A stretch of 64,000 nucleotides of DNA, taken from assembly GCF_009914755.1 (NCBI RefSeq), contig NC_060937.1; one strand, written 5' to 3'. The DNA comes from the human T2T-CHM13v2.0 reference genome, Homo sapiens. This document shows positions 1-13,480 of the stretch, one piece after another. Under the pieces are notes generated by a model. It was not told where the DNA came from, ran no database searches, and saw only the letters and a list, made by a program, of their open reading frames with translations. A program made the position numbers and the translations under genes. Every line of letters begins with the position of its first letter. Within the stretch, counting starts at the first letter, position 1.

Positions 1-905
1 TGCCAAGATGCCATGCTGTGGGCTATCATGTTCTGAGCCACAGCAGCAGCAATGATATTTGTTGTTGCTGCTGCTCTGATTGCTACTGTCACTGTTTTCA
101 TTGCTTTTTGAAAAATAATTTTGCCATGGAAATCTGTTCATTAGACCTTTAGGAAATTAGTAAAGGACAAAACTAAAATCTTTAGAATCCTGACTATGTG
201 TCAGTCTATTCCATTGTTGGTTTATTTACACATACTTTCATATTAACTTACTAATAATGACACAAAAGTAATGATACAAGAAAAATTTTACCCACTCCTG
301 GTTGCAGAGGTAGATGAAATTTTCTGGGCTCTATTGCTGATACTCTTTATTTTCAAATAACAGTCTTGCTATTGTTATCTGATAATCTTGAATTAATGTT
401 ATCAATATTGCTACCACAAATAAAATGTTTACACTCATATTCAATAATCTAATCTTCATTTGTACTTTCTGCTTTTATTCCATTTGTTTCTTCTGTCCTC
501 ATCACTTCATTTATTCTACGAGGTTTCCCTTATATAAACACCGAAAATGTATAGGCATTGTTAGCCAGCAGAAAGGTCTGCTTGCCAGCACAAACATCAA
601 AGAAGTATTCCCTTTTATTCTCCTTTCTCTAGCACCAACTTCTTCTCAGAAAACAAAACAATTCATTATCTGTGTTACTTCTTGATTTCCCAACCTTTTC
701 TCACTCTAACAAATAGTTGGTAATCAAAATTTAGATGCTATATGCAAACTCTTACTGTACACTTTTATTTTGTAATACATTAGTTCTCACATATGCAAAG
801 CTGCCCCTAGTGGAAATTTTGTGGTAAGAGCTCATACCTGAAACCCCTGTGTTTGGAAACTATTATGGATTAGAGATAAAAAATATTTACCACAGCTGCT
901 AATTC

Positions 906-1055
906 TCTGTGTGCGTGTGTTTTTTGTTTGTTTTGTTTTTCCTTCCCTCCTTCCTTCCTTCCTTCCTTTTCTTCACTTCCTCCCTCCCTTTCTCCCTTTC
1001 TCTCTCTCTTTCTCTTCTCTCCCTCCTTCCCTCCCTCTGTCTCCTCCTCTTTGAT
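906..1055. repeat. Compound simple repeat: (TG)n, (TTTG)n, (TTCC)n, (CT)n polypyrimidine tract
   Basis: Runs are directly visible. They explain the low-complexity ORFs at 899-1171 and 909-1160. Confidence 0.9.
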
Positions 1056-2411
1056 CTTTTAAAATATGATAAACTTGGTTTGCTTTTATTCTGGAGACAT
1101 CTATTTTCTCTCCTCTGTTTTACGTTAACTGAATATATAAAGGAGAACAGGAAGAAATGATTTGAAGACACAATCTACTTTCCATTTCTGAAAATTAGAA
1201 ATATCAGAGTTTAAATGGAGTTGTCTCCGCTCCCTCAAATTTAAACATTGATAAATATCCTAATCTGAAACTGATATAATTTTATAGAATTTATTTTGTT
1301 TTTACTAAAGATCTGCATATTTTTTCCAAGGATATTTTAGAAGGCAACGAATATTAAGTAAGAAAGAAAACTCTTTTCTGCTAACAAATCCATATTTTAT
1401 GAAATATTTTCACTGCTTTCCAATCTTACAGTAAGCAATGGATTTATGTCCTGGTATACTTTGTGACTAAGATAAGCATGTGAAGCCACATTATTATGTA
1501 AACATCTAAAATATTTGCATTTTAGCAATAAATTTGCACTTAAGTCACATGCGAATGTGTACCAAGGAACCAATAACTTTTACTTTTTTTCTTTTGCATC
1601 AGGTTACTATCAACAGACATACATGTTTTAGTTAGTCTTCACTTTTATATGCTATATGCAAAAGTATTAACATGTACATCACATAATTGAGATGTTTCCT
1701 TTGAAATTTTGAAGGAAACATAGTTTGTATTATTTGTTTTCTAAAAAGCAGAACTCTTCAAACACTTTTAACTAGTGATTTTCATTTTTATTGCTGACAA
1801 AGCACAGGTTTATGAGCATTTATTAACATTTTAAAGAAAAGATTAAGTGTTCTGTCTTCTTGAAATATTAATCAAAGTAATTTGGCCCATTTCTATTCAT
1901 GCAGCTATAGTACCCTTTTCTTTAAATGAACTTACAGTTATGAAAGAAACTTTATCCTTTTATTTCACAAACAAGACCAACTCCCAACCACTTTGACCCT
2001 CAAGAACAGCCCAGTTAGAAACTCAGCTCTACTCTGTAAGTCTCAATGGCTGAGATATTGCCAATATCGCTCATCTCATCCTCCATGCCAACTTAAGCAC
2101 TAGTCTTAATAAATTATTTCTAGTCCCTGGAACACTATTTTTACCCTATATTTCTTTGAGTTTTGAAAAATTTTTGTCCTCTCTCTGGAAAAGCCAATTG
2201 CCAATAAGGAAAATTAGTATTTACTATTCAGTTTTTTCCTTGGACTTCAGGTCCTCTCTGAAATCTTCTGAAGCTTATTCTACAGTCTATGGGTAGACAT
2301 CTTTTGTTTTACTTTGCACTATTTTATTCTATTATCATGGGATCATGGGATATAACCACACGGATTTTGAACTACCTATTTAAATACTCTATTGTAAATA
2401 ATGCATGCTTG

Positions 2412-2867
2412 TGAGGTAGGAGGTGGGACTCAAACTAGATTGAAGACTAGTTAAATCAGGGAAGAGGGGAAAGCACCTCTCTGTAAGATATGCCCGCCAG
2501 TTTGTCATGGCAATTTTCCATAGCATGGCAACACTTGGAAGTTACTACCTCTTTCCATACCAATAACTCAACAACCTGGAAGATATCACATTTTTCCTAG
2601 AAATTTCTGCATAATCTGCTCATCAATTTGCATGAAATTAAAAATGGTATAAATATGACTACAGAACTGCCTTTGAGCTGCTACTCTGGGCACACTACCT
2701 ATGGGGTAGCCCTGCTCCACAAGGAGCAGTACCTTCACTGCTGCTGTACACTGCTGCTTCAACAAAAGTTGCTAAGACCAACAGCTTGTCATAGAAATCT
2801 TTCCTGAGTGAAGCCAAGAACTATTCTGAGCTAAGCCCCAATTTTTGGGCTCCCATGCCCTGAATCA
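2412..2867 (+). mobile_element. Solo ERV1 LTR, MER66B-like
   Basis: TG...CA termini (tgaggtaggaggtgggactc ... gccctgaatca). Internal blocks ctagaaatttctgcataatctg, gagctgctactctgggcacact and ctaagccccaattt match the recalled MER66 consensus. Confidence 0.8.
2626..2653 (+). promoter_or_regulatory. Octamer motif ATTTGCAT (2626-2633) and LTR TATA box TATAAA (2648-2653)
   Basis: Motifs are present in the expected U3 position of the LTR. Activity is unknown. Confidence 0.4.
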
Positions 2868-2878
2868 TATATATATAT

Positions 2879-2931
<53 letters not shown>

Positions 2932-3040
2932 TACACACACACACACATACATATATATTGGCATTATATAGTGCTATTTATGATACATATATTCACATAT
3001 ACACATATATGCAATGCTATTTATGATACATATATATGTT

Positions 3041-3070
<30 letters not shown>
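2868..3070. repeat. Compound (TA)n/(CA)n/(TG)n microsatellite
   Basis: Directly visible alternating purine-pyrimidine tracts. Confidence 0.95.
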
Positions 3071-3071
<1 letters not shown>

Positions 3072-3788
3072 GTTTATAATTGCCTTTGCTCTTTTTGAGA
3101 CATGAGATGAGGTCCTCCAAAGAGTGGGTGTTTAATGTATGCATGTAGAAATATACTAACTATTGAAATGCAAAAAATTCTGCTTTAAAACAGGAAGTAT
3201 ATAAAACTCAGTGGTGCTTTAGGGCATTATTTGATTCCTGTTGAACCAAGTAATCATACATGATGCTCACACATTTTTGTACCACTAAGAAAAATGTATT
3301 CTATGTAACTCCACATAATACAATAATTCTCATATTCTTTTATTTGTTGGAGCTACCTCCTCATTTTATTTTGCCTATACCTTCTATTAATAATGTCTCT
3401 ATCTTCAATATGCCACAGTCATATACCTTTTCCTGACAGTTCTAGTGCTGGCAGATTTTGTCTTTATGCTTTCCCTGCCAATTATCTTTGCAGCAGAACA
3501 ACTACGATCTCTGTTGAGTTGGTTCTTTGTCAAATAATCTGTACTGCAAGGACTTTAGATACCTATAACTTAAAGATTTCCTCAAATATGTAACAAAAGC
3601 CAGAAGTGTGGAGATCTTCAATCCCCTATGCTGGTGAGCTATGTATGGAGAGAGAGAGAACAGGAGATTTCTTTGTTTTTTCTCAAGAGGGATGGCTGCT
3701 TATGTTTTCCATTTCTTATCCTGTAGACAATTTTACAATTCAAGAGAATAGTAATTCACATTGTCTTTCTGTTTCTATACATTTGCAG

Positions 3789-3895
3789 GTGAAGCTATTT
3801 CTGTAGCAGAGTTCTCTGAGGGGATCACATTTGCTGCTACCATGAGCCAACATTTTCCAAGTTTTTTCCATAAGACCTTTTTCCAAGGTGTTAAG
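3789..3895 (+). other. Candidate internal exon (107 nt), probably non-coding
   Basis: Acceptor tgtctttctgtttctatacatttgcag|G and donor AAG|GTGAGT. A further donor CTG|GTGAGC lies upstream at 3633/3634. Motif evidence only. Confidence 0.3.
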
Positions 3896-4223
3896 GTGAG
3901 TGATTCCAAATAAGCACTAACAGGAAGAGTTTGTGGATTGTGAGAATATTTTTTTAAAACTAAGCCCAATACAATGTTTTTTGTCTCCTGAGTGAAAGAA
4001 TATCTAGAAGGAAATAATATAAATTTTATTCAATCCATATAGAAATATAATTAAAATATGTGAAAACAGAATGGCATGTGTTTTTTTTTTGCTTGTTTTT
4101 AATCTATCCTTACCATAGTAGAATATTTCACTGTGATTTCTAATTCTGATTCTTAAAACTATCATTCCATAGGTTGTAACTCTGTTGTAACATTACTATC
4201 ATTCTCCTTACTCACCAAACCCT

Positions 4224-4489
4224 TTATATTACCTGATTAGCAAGATGAGGCAGGTTAAAATTCCCCAGTGACATATCGTGTATATATCACTATTGATGTA
4301 GTGGTTATTGAACTATTATGAAGTATCATGTTATAAATTCTTAAAATCTATCCATCAAAAGAGATCATGATCCTGGATTGATCTGGATTATAGCTACTTC
4401 TATTACTCTATGCCAAGAGCACTATTTATATACACGATACGTCACTGAGGAATTTTAACCTGCCTCATCTTGCTAATCAGGTAATATAA
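4224..4489. repeat. Inverted repeat with 63-bp arms (4224-4286 and 4427-4489) and a 140-bp spacer
   Basis: The left arm ttatattacctgattagcaagatgaggcaggttaaaattccccagtgacatatcgtgtatata equals the reverse complement of the right arm except at pairs 4265/4448 and 4273/4440. Confidence 0.97.
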
Positions 4490-6356
4490 TCAGGCCAGCT
4501 CTATTACTTTAATTCATTTTGCTCTTATCAAAAAATGACAGAACATAGGTTGACCGGGGAGCTTAATCTCCTATATGAGTTTGCTGAATAATACAGACTG
4601 CATGGGTTACATTTGGGTTATGTGCTTTCTGATTTCACTGCTATGGTACGATTAATCACTATGTAGCTACATTTTACAACGTTGAAAATAATAAGAAACT
4701 GATATATGGATCCTGAAAAGTGGCAGATAGGAGGCAGGACTAACTTGCATCTCCCACTCAGATGGACAGAACTGTGTGTGGAGATTCACACTGTGAGCTT
4801 TTGCTCTAAGAGCTACTGCAGGAACATACCAAGAAAACGGAAAGAATGCACAGACCCTTTGAAAGAAGTGGCTTGCTGCTGCAAACTCTGAGAAACAGCA
4901 GAAACACGGGGAGTGCCCAAAGCGTGAGGTGGGGAAAGTCTGCCTCCCAACATACATCCTCTCTGGGGAGCCTAAAAATCCAGATCACAGGAGAAGGATT
5001 TAACCTTACCTAGAGGTGACATGAATTTAGATAGCTGTGCAAAATATAAAAGTAGAAGAAACAGCAGGATGAGCCCTATAGGCACTCCCAGTCCCCATGG
5101 AAGCCCAGGGAACCTGTTTCTGACTTGATCTCGCAGGGGTCCTTGCGGAGGGTTGCCAGTGAAACTGGGGAAAGACCACAGGGAGAAGGAAACTTCCAGA
5201 GGAAATTTGTAATAATTTTGACTGAGTGTAAATTTTCCAGGGCAGAATCCGGGAGTGGGGAGTGAACAGGAAGTGCAGATGGGAGCACAGAAGCTGCAGT
5301 GGAGAGGGAGGAAGCCTGAGAGCCCTGCTTGCTTTCTCAGCAGGGAGGCTTGTGGCCTGGGGCAAGTTCCCATCCCTGCTCATCATCACCTTCCTGGATA
5401 TAAACTGGGTGCTGTTGGGGAAGCACAGCAGGAGTGAGACTGGCCTTTCTGGCTGCATGGAAGCTGGGTGAGGCCTGTCACTGCCAGCTTTCCCCCACTT
5501 CCCTGATGACCTGTATGATGCAGCAGAGGCAGCCATAATGCCCCTGGGAATATAACTTTATTATCCTGAGAAACACACCCCCATCCTCCACAGTGTCCAC
5601 AGCACGCTCTGCCCAAGGAGAGTCTCAGCTCAGACACATCTAGTCTAGTCCTACCCCCAACTCGTGGTCTTTCTCTACCTGCCCTGGTAGCCAAAGAAAA
5701 AAGACATAGTCTCTTGGGAGCTCTATAGCCCTGCCCACTGCCTGAGAAACCTGAGGACTTACCCAAGCAACCCTAGTGCAAGCTTGTATCCTCCCTATAC
5801 TACTGTGGCTGATCCTCTCCTGAAAGCACCAGCACCATCTCCTGGCTAGAGGCCAACCAATACAAACCTTTACAGCAACTAATAAAAGAACAACCCTGTC
5901 CCAAGAAAGAAGAAAACAACAGCTAATTCCACCGCCTGTAACATCCTGGCTAACCAGAGGTCCTGAGTCTGTCCATGGAAGAATTTTACTGCTAGCACAG
6001 CCAGTAATTGAGAAAACCAGCACACTAAGCTAAATTACAACCAAGGTCCCACACAGAGTCTGCTCCCCTGCTACCTCCACCAGAGCAGGTGCTGATGTCC
6101 ATGGCTAAGAGACTTGAAGACAGATCATGTCACAGGACTCTTTGTAGACACTCCCTAGTACCAGCCTGGCACCTGGTAGTTCCACTGGATGGCTAGACTC
6201 AGAAGAGAAATAACAATTACTGCAGTTCAGTTCTCAGGAAGCCCTATCCCTAGGGGAAGAGGGAGAGCACCACATTGAGGGAGTACCCTGTGGGACAAAA
6301 GAATCTAAACAGCAGCCCCTGAGCCCCAGATCTTTCCGCTGACGTAGTCTACCCAA

Positions 6357-7374
6357 ATGAGAAGAAACCAGATAAACAATTCTGGTAATATGACAAAGCT
6401 AGGTTCTTTAACACCCCTGAAAGATCACACTAGCTCACCAGCAATGGATCCAAGCCAAGGAGAAATCTCTGAATTGCCAGAAAAAGAATTCAGAAGGCTG
6501 ATTAGTAAGTTCATCATGGAGGCACCAGAGAAAGATGAATAAAAACTTAAAGAAATTTTTTTTAAATGTCACAGGATATGGATGGAAACATTTAAAGAGA
6601 AATAAATAGTATAGATAAAAAAAATCAACTTCTGGAAAAGAAAGACACACTTAGAGAAATGCAAAATACACTGGAAAGTGTCAACAATAGAATTAAACAA
6701 GTGGAAGGAAGAACTTCAGAGCTTCAAGACAAGGCTTTCAAATTAACACAATGCAACAAAGACAAAGAAGAAAGAATTTTAAAAAATGAACAAAGCCTCC
6801 GAGAAGTCTGGGATTATGTTAAATGATCAGACCTAAAAATAATTGGTGATCCCAATGAAGAAGAGAAATATAAACATTTAAAAAACATATTTGAGGGAAT
6901 AATTGAGGAAAACTTCCCTGGTTTTGGTAGAGATCTAGACATCCAAATATAAGAAACTCAAAAAATACCCAGGAAACTATTGCAAAAAGATAATCACCTA
7001 TGCACATAGTCATCACGTTATTCAAAATCAAGATGAAGGAAATATTCTTAAGAGCTGTGAGGCAAAAGCATCAGATAACCTATAAAAGAAAACCTATCAG
7101 ATTAACAGCAGATTTCTCAGCAGAAACCCTACAAGCTAGAAGGGATTAGAGTCCTATCTTTAGCCTCCTTAATCAAAACAATTATCATTCAAGAAATTAG
7201 TATTCAGAAAAATCAAGCTTCATAAATGAAGAAAAGATATAGTCTTTTTCCGACAAACAAATGCTGAGAGAATTTGCCACTACCAAGCCAGCATTATAAG
7301 AACTGCTAAAAGGAATTCTAAGTATTGAAACAAAACCTCAATATACACTTATGCAGAATGTTCTTAGAGCATAA
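6357..7374 (+). pseudogene. L1 ORF1p remnant with stops and frameshifts
   Basis: N-terminus MRRNQINNSGNMTK...ELPEKEFRRLI; downstream DNA encodes KPIRLTADFSAETLQARR-type ORF1 motifs. Confidence 0.85.
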
Positions 7375-8099
7375 ATCTCATGGGACCTATAAAACAACAC
7401 AATGAAAAAAAAAAAAACTCAAGGTATTCAGGTAACAACTATCATGAATAGAATAATACCTCACATCTCAATACTAATGCTGAATGTAAATGGCCTAAAT
7501 GCTCCACTTAAAAGATACTGAATGGCAAAATTGATAAGAATTCAACAACCAAGAATCTGTTGTCTTCAAGGGACTTACCTAACACACAAGGAATCATAAA
7601 CTTAAAGGGGTGGAAAAAGGTGTTCCATGCAAATGGACATCAAAATGAGCAGGAGTAGCTATTCTTATATCAGACAAAACAGACTTTAAAGCAACAACAG
7701 TTAAAAGACAAAGAGGGGCATTATATAATGATAAATCGTCTTGTCTAATCCAACAGGAAAATAGCACAATCCTAAATATATATGTACCTATCACTAGAGC
7801 TTCCAAATTTACAAAACAATTACTACTAGACCTAAGAAATGAGGTAGACGGCAACACATTAATAGTGGGGGACTTCAATACTCTACTGACAGCACCAGAC
7901 AGCTCACCAAGACAGAAAGTCAACAAAGAAACAACGGGCTTAAACTACACTGTAGAGCAAATAAACTTGACAGATATTTACAGAATATTCTACCCAACAA
8001 CTGCAGAATATACATTCTATTCAACAGTGCATGAACATTCTTCAAGATAGATCATATGATAGGCCACAAAACAAGTCTCGATACATTTAATAAAATTGA

Positions 8100-8400
8100 G
8101 GCTGGGCACAATGGCTCATGCCTATAATCCCAGCACATTGGGAGGCTGAGGTGGCGGACTACCTGAGATCAGGAGTTCGAGACCAGCCTGGCCAACATAG
8201 CAAAACCCTGACTCTACTAAAAATACAAAAATTAGCTGGGCATGGTGGCACACATCTGTAATCTCGGCTACTTGGGAGGCTGAGGCAGGAGAATAACTTG
8301 AACCCGGGAGGTGGATGTTGCTGTGACCCAAGATCATGTCATTGCACTCCAGACTGGGTGACAGAGTGAGACTCCATCTTAAAAAAAAAAAAAATGAAAT
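8100..8400 (+). mobile_element. AluS (Sx-like), full length, nested in L1 ORF2
   Basis: Dimeric Alu with ctaaaaatacaaaaattag linker and A-tail. L1 sequence resumes after it. Confidence 0.95.
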
Positions 8401-11400
8401 AAAAAACGAAATTATATCAAATACTCTCTCAGACCATAGTGAAATAAAATTGGAAATAAACTCCAAAACAATGCAAATACATGAGAATTAAATAATCTGC
8501 TCCTAAATGATCATTGTGTCATTAATGAAATCAAGATAGAAATTTAAAAAATTATTTGACTCAAAGTTGATAGTGACACAACCAACCAAAACCTCTGGGA
8601 TAAAGCAAAAATGGTACTAAGAGAAAGTTCATAGCATTAAATGCCTACATCAAAAAGTCTGAAAGAACACAAGTAGGCAATCTAAGGTCATACCTCAAGG
8701 AACTAGAGAAGCAAGAACAAACCAAACCTAAACCCAGCAGAATAAAAGAAATAACATAGATCAGAGCAGAACTAAATGAAATTAAAGCAAACAAACAAAA
8801 ATGAAAGATAAATTAAACAAAAAGCTGGTTTTTTGGAAAAGATAAAATTGATAGACTATTAGTGAAATTAACCAAGAAAAGAAGAAAGAAGGTACAAATA
8901 AGTTAATTAGAAATGAAATGGAAGATATTACAACTGATACCATGGAAATACAAAACATCATTCAAGGCTAATATGAACACCTTGATGCACACAAACTAGA
9001 AAACCTAGAGGAGATGAATAAATTAATAGAAATATAAAACCCTCTTAGATTAAACCAGGAAGAAATAGAAACTCTGAACAGACCAATAACAAGCAGGAAG
9101 ATTGAAATGATAATTTTAAAATTGCCAACAAAAGAAAGTTCAAGGCCAGATGGATTTACACCTGAATTCTATCAGACATTAAAAGAAGAATTGGTATGTA
9201 GCCTATTGACACTGATTCTGGTGATAGAGAAAGAATCCTCCCTTAATCATTCTATGAAGCCATTATCACCATAATACCAAACTGGGAAAAGACATAGCAA
9301 AAAAGAAAACTACAGACAAATATCCTTGATGAACATAGATGCAAAAATCCTCAACAAAATATTGGCTAACTGAATTCAACAGCATATCCAAAAGATAATC
9401 TACCATAATCAAGTGGGTTTCATGCCAGGGATGTAGGAATTTTTTAACATATACAAGTCAATAAATGTGATATACCACATAAACAGAATTAAAAACAAAA
9501 ATCACATGATCACCTCAATAGATGCAGAAAAAGCATCTGACAAAATCCAGCATCCCTTTATGACTAAAACCCTCAGCAAAATTGGCATAGAAGGGACATA
9601 TCTTAAAAAAATAAAAGCCATCTATGATAAACCCATAGCCAACATTATACTGAATGGGGAAAAATTGAAGGCATTTCCCCGAGACTGGAGCAGGACAAGG
9701 ATGTTCACTTTTACCACTTGTGTTCAAGATAGTATGGAAGTTCTATCCAGAGCAATAAGAAAAGAGAAAGAAATAAAAGGCATCCAAACTGGTAAAGAGG
9801 AAATCAAACTGTCACTCTTCATTGATGATATATGATTGTATACATAGAAAATGCTAAAGACTAATCCAAATAGCTCCTAGAACTGATAAATTAATTCAGT
9901 AAAGTTTCAGGACCCAAAATGATTGTACACAAATCAGTAGCACTGCTATACACCAACAGTGATCAAGTCGAGAATCAAATCAAGAACTCAACCCCTCTAC
10001 GGTAGTTGCAATAATAATAATAAAAATAAAATATTGGGGAATATACTTAATCAAGGAGGTGAAAGACCTCTACAAGGAAAACTAGAAAACATTGCTGAAG
10101 GAAATCATAGATGACATAAACAAATGGAAATACATCCCATGTTCATATATGGGTAGAATCAATATTGTGAAAATGGCCATACTGTCAAAAGCAAACTACA
10201 AATTCAATGCAATTCCCATGAAAATGTCATCATCAATCTTCATAGAACTAGAAAAAAAAATCCTAAAATTCATATGGAAGAAAAAAAAGTAAAGCAAACC
10301 TAAGCAAAAAGAACAAATCTGGAGGCATCACGTTACTTGACTTCAAACTATACTACAAGGCTATGGTCACCAAAACAGCATGATACTTGTGTAAATGTAG
10401 GCACATAGACCAATGGAATGGAATAGAGAACACAGAAATAAAGCCAAATACTTACAGCCAATTGGTTTTGGACAAAACAAACAAAAACGTAAAGTGGGAA
10501 AAAGACACCCTATTTAACAAATGGTGCTGGGATAATTGGCAAGCCACATACTGAAGAATGAAACAGGATCCACATCTCTCACCTTATATAAGAATCAATT
10601 CAAGATGGATCAAATATTTAAATCTAAGACCTGAAACTATAAAAATTCTAGAGGATATCATCAGAGAAACCCCGCTAGACATTGGCTTATGCAAAGACTT
10701 CACGACCAAGAACCCAAAAGCAAAAGTAGCAAAAACAAAAATAAATAGATGGGACTTAATTAAACTAAAAAGCTTCTGCACAGCAAAATAAATAATCAGC
10801 AAAGAAAATAGACAACCCACAGAGTGGGAGAAAATACTCACAAACTATGCATCCAACAAAGGACTAATATCCAGAGTCTGTAAGGAACTCAAACAAATTA
10901 GCAAGAAATAAACTAACAATCTCATCAAAAAGGGGGCTAAGCACATGAAGAGACAATTCACAAAAGATACACAAATGGCCAGCAAACATATGAACAAATG
11001 CTCAGCATCACTAATTATAAGGAAAATGCAAATCAAAACCACAATGTGATACCACCTTACTCCTGCAAGAATGACCATAATTAAAAAATCAAAAAATAAT
11101 TGATGGTGGCATGGATATGGTGAAAAGAGAACATGTTTACACTGCTGGTGGGAATGTAAACTACTACGACTACTATAGGAAACAGTGTGGAGATTCCTTA
11201 AAGAACTAAAAGTAGATCTACCATTTGATCCAGCATTCCCACTATTGGGTATCTACCCAGAGGAAAAGGAGTCATTATACAAAAAACAAACAAACAACAA
11301 CAACAAAAAAACACTTTCACACGCATGTTTATAGCAGCACAATTTGCAATTGCAAAAATAGCCAGCCCAAATGCCCATCAATTGAGTGGATAAAGAAAAT

Positions 11401-11401
11401 G

Positions 11402-11402
11402 A

Positions 11403-11436
<34 letters not shown>

Positions 11437-11490
11437 CCATAGAAAGTATCTATCTATCTACATGCACACACACGCACACACACACACAAA
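11402..11490. repeat. (CT)n(TA)n(CA)n microsatellite inside the L1 3' region
   Basis: Directly visible. Confidence 0.85.
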
Positions 11491-11535
11491 AATACACATG
11501 GAAATACTACTCAGCCATAAAAAGGAATGAAATAA

Positions 11536-11790
<255 letters not shown>

Positions 11791-12669
11791 AACTGGAGAC
11801 CATTATTCTGTGTGAAGTAAGTCAGTAATGGAAAACCAAACATCGTATATTGTCACTTATACGTGGGAGCTAAGCTATGAGAATGCAAAGACATAAGAAT
11901 GACACAATGGACTTTGACGACTCAGAGGGAAGAGTGGGAGGGGGCCAAGGGATAAAAGACTACACATTGGGTACAGTGTACACTGCTTGGGTAACGGGTG
12001 CACCAAAATCTCAGAAATAATCACTAAAGTACTTAACCAGGTAACTAAACACCATCTGTTACCCCCAAAAAATAGAAAAAAAAGAATCTATATATGAATA
12101 CACACACACACACACATAAGCACACAAGTCTCACATGGTACATCAAAATCTTAATAGTGTTTATTTTTGGATAGTAATAACAAATTACTTATAACAATTT
12201 TTCCTTTGTTTATCTGTACTGATCGATTTTCAAAAATATGCATGTATTATTTGTGCTATAAATAATATAATTATGAAATAAAAGCTTTAAAAATAAATCA
12301 AAAACAATTTCAGTCTCACAAGGAAAAGGTATAAATATGAAAAACTTCGATAATAGATATACAACATATTTTTTGCTTTCTATTTTACCTGTTACAAAAG
12401 GAAAATGTAGAAAAGGATATTTTAGTAGAATTTCTATATAAATCATAAAAATTAGTTAAGTTTTGATAATCCACTTTCATAACTAGGTCAAAATATCACT
12501 GATTTCAAGTCCTGGCTCTTCACATAGCAGCAGAAGTTATCCCCTGGGAAAAAAGTCAATCTTGTTTCTCTTCTGGTAGAAATTTATTCATAGCTATCTT
12601 TTGTATCTTAATTAGAAAGTAAACTACTTTGTATGGCCTATAAAATGTTTTATAATCCTCACTTTTTCT

Positions 12670-13041
12670 GTTGACACAAGCACTGTCTTCTACCAATAGC
12701 CTTGTCTTAGCAGGAATCATTCTATGTCTCTTTTGTAAAACTCCTCCTTCCACCTTTGATACCTGATCATCCTTGATATCTGCTCATATTTCTTCATCCC
12801 ACCCTTGATGTATATGTCCTTTGCCTGCCTATCTCAAGAATCTTGTTGGGTCAGTTTAGTAAGAATTGTCCTACCCTTGATGTCCCCTCTTAGTAATTTT
12901 CCATCCACTGACCCCATTGCATTGCTCCCTGGCTTCAGATCCCCAGCGATCTTTACTTTAGATTAAGTTTGAATTGAGCCCAATCCCTCAAAGTTCTTCT
13001 TGCCAATTTTAAGAAGTGTCAGAATATTTTTTTCTTTAACA
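12670..13041 (+). mobile_element. ERV1 LTR remnant, MER31/MER67-like
   Basis: Block ctacccttgatgtcccctcttagtaattttccatccactgacccc and terminus ttttttctttaaca resemble the recalled consensus. The 5' boundary is uncertain. Confidence 0.65.
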
Positions 13042-13480
13042 CCATGTACCCATTTTCTGCCTATTTCATTATTCTTCTCACGCCATATATTCTAGCTATA
13101 CTACTAGATGTAACTTTCTCTAACATACATCAGTGTTGTCATTTGAGATATGGTGAACATGCTGATTCCCCTTGTGTTACTTTCTGACCCATTCTTCTGG
13201 TGACAAGGTTCTTCTTAAAATTGGCCTTTCACCTTCAAAGTCTGTTAATTAGAGTCATTTTCAGACAATCCTTTATAAACTCCATCCCAAGCCTCCTGTC
13301 AGTCCTACATATTGTTTTTATTTCTGTGTCTGATTTTTGCTTGCTTTGATCACAACATTAATAACAGCGTTTTGCTAATGGGTCTTTTTCACTGTGGATA
13401 TCATTCACTGTGATATTCATAAAGTATATTGTCCAGTAGATAGCATATTTCAGATTACACAGCTAGTGATTAATAGATAC

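Noticed and set aside
41-73. 13-bp hairpin cagcagcagcaat/gttgttgctgctg as a miRNA precursor or terminator
   Set aside because: It is built from short CAG/CTG simple repeats and is too short for a pre-miRNA.
4972-6023. Stack of 126-169 aa antisense ORFs as an ORF0-like gene
   Set aside because: They overlap in several frames within the GC-richer L1 5'UTR, show no resemblance to ORF0 that I recognise, and are expected by chance at this composition.
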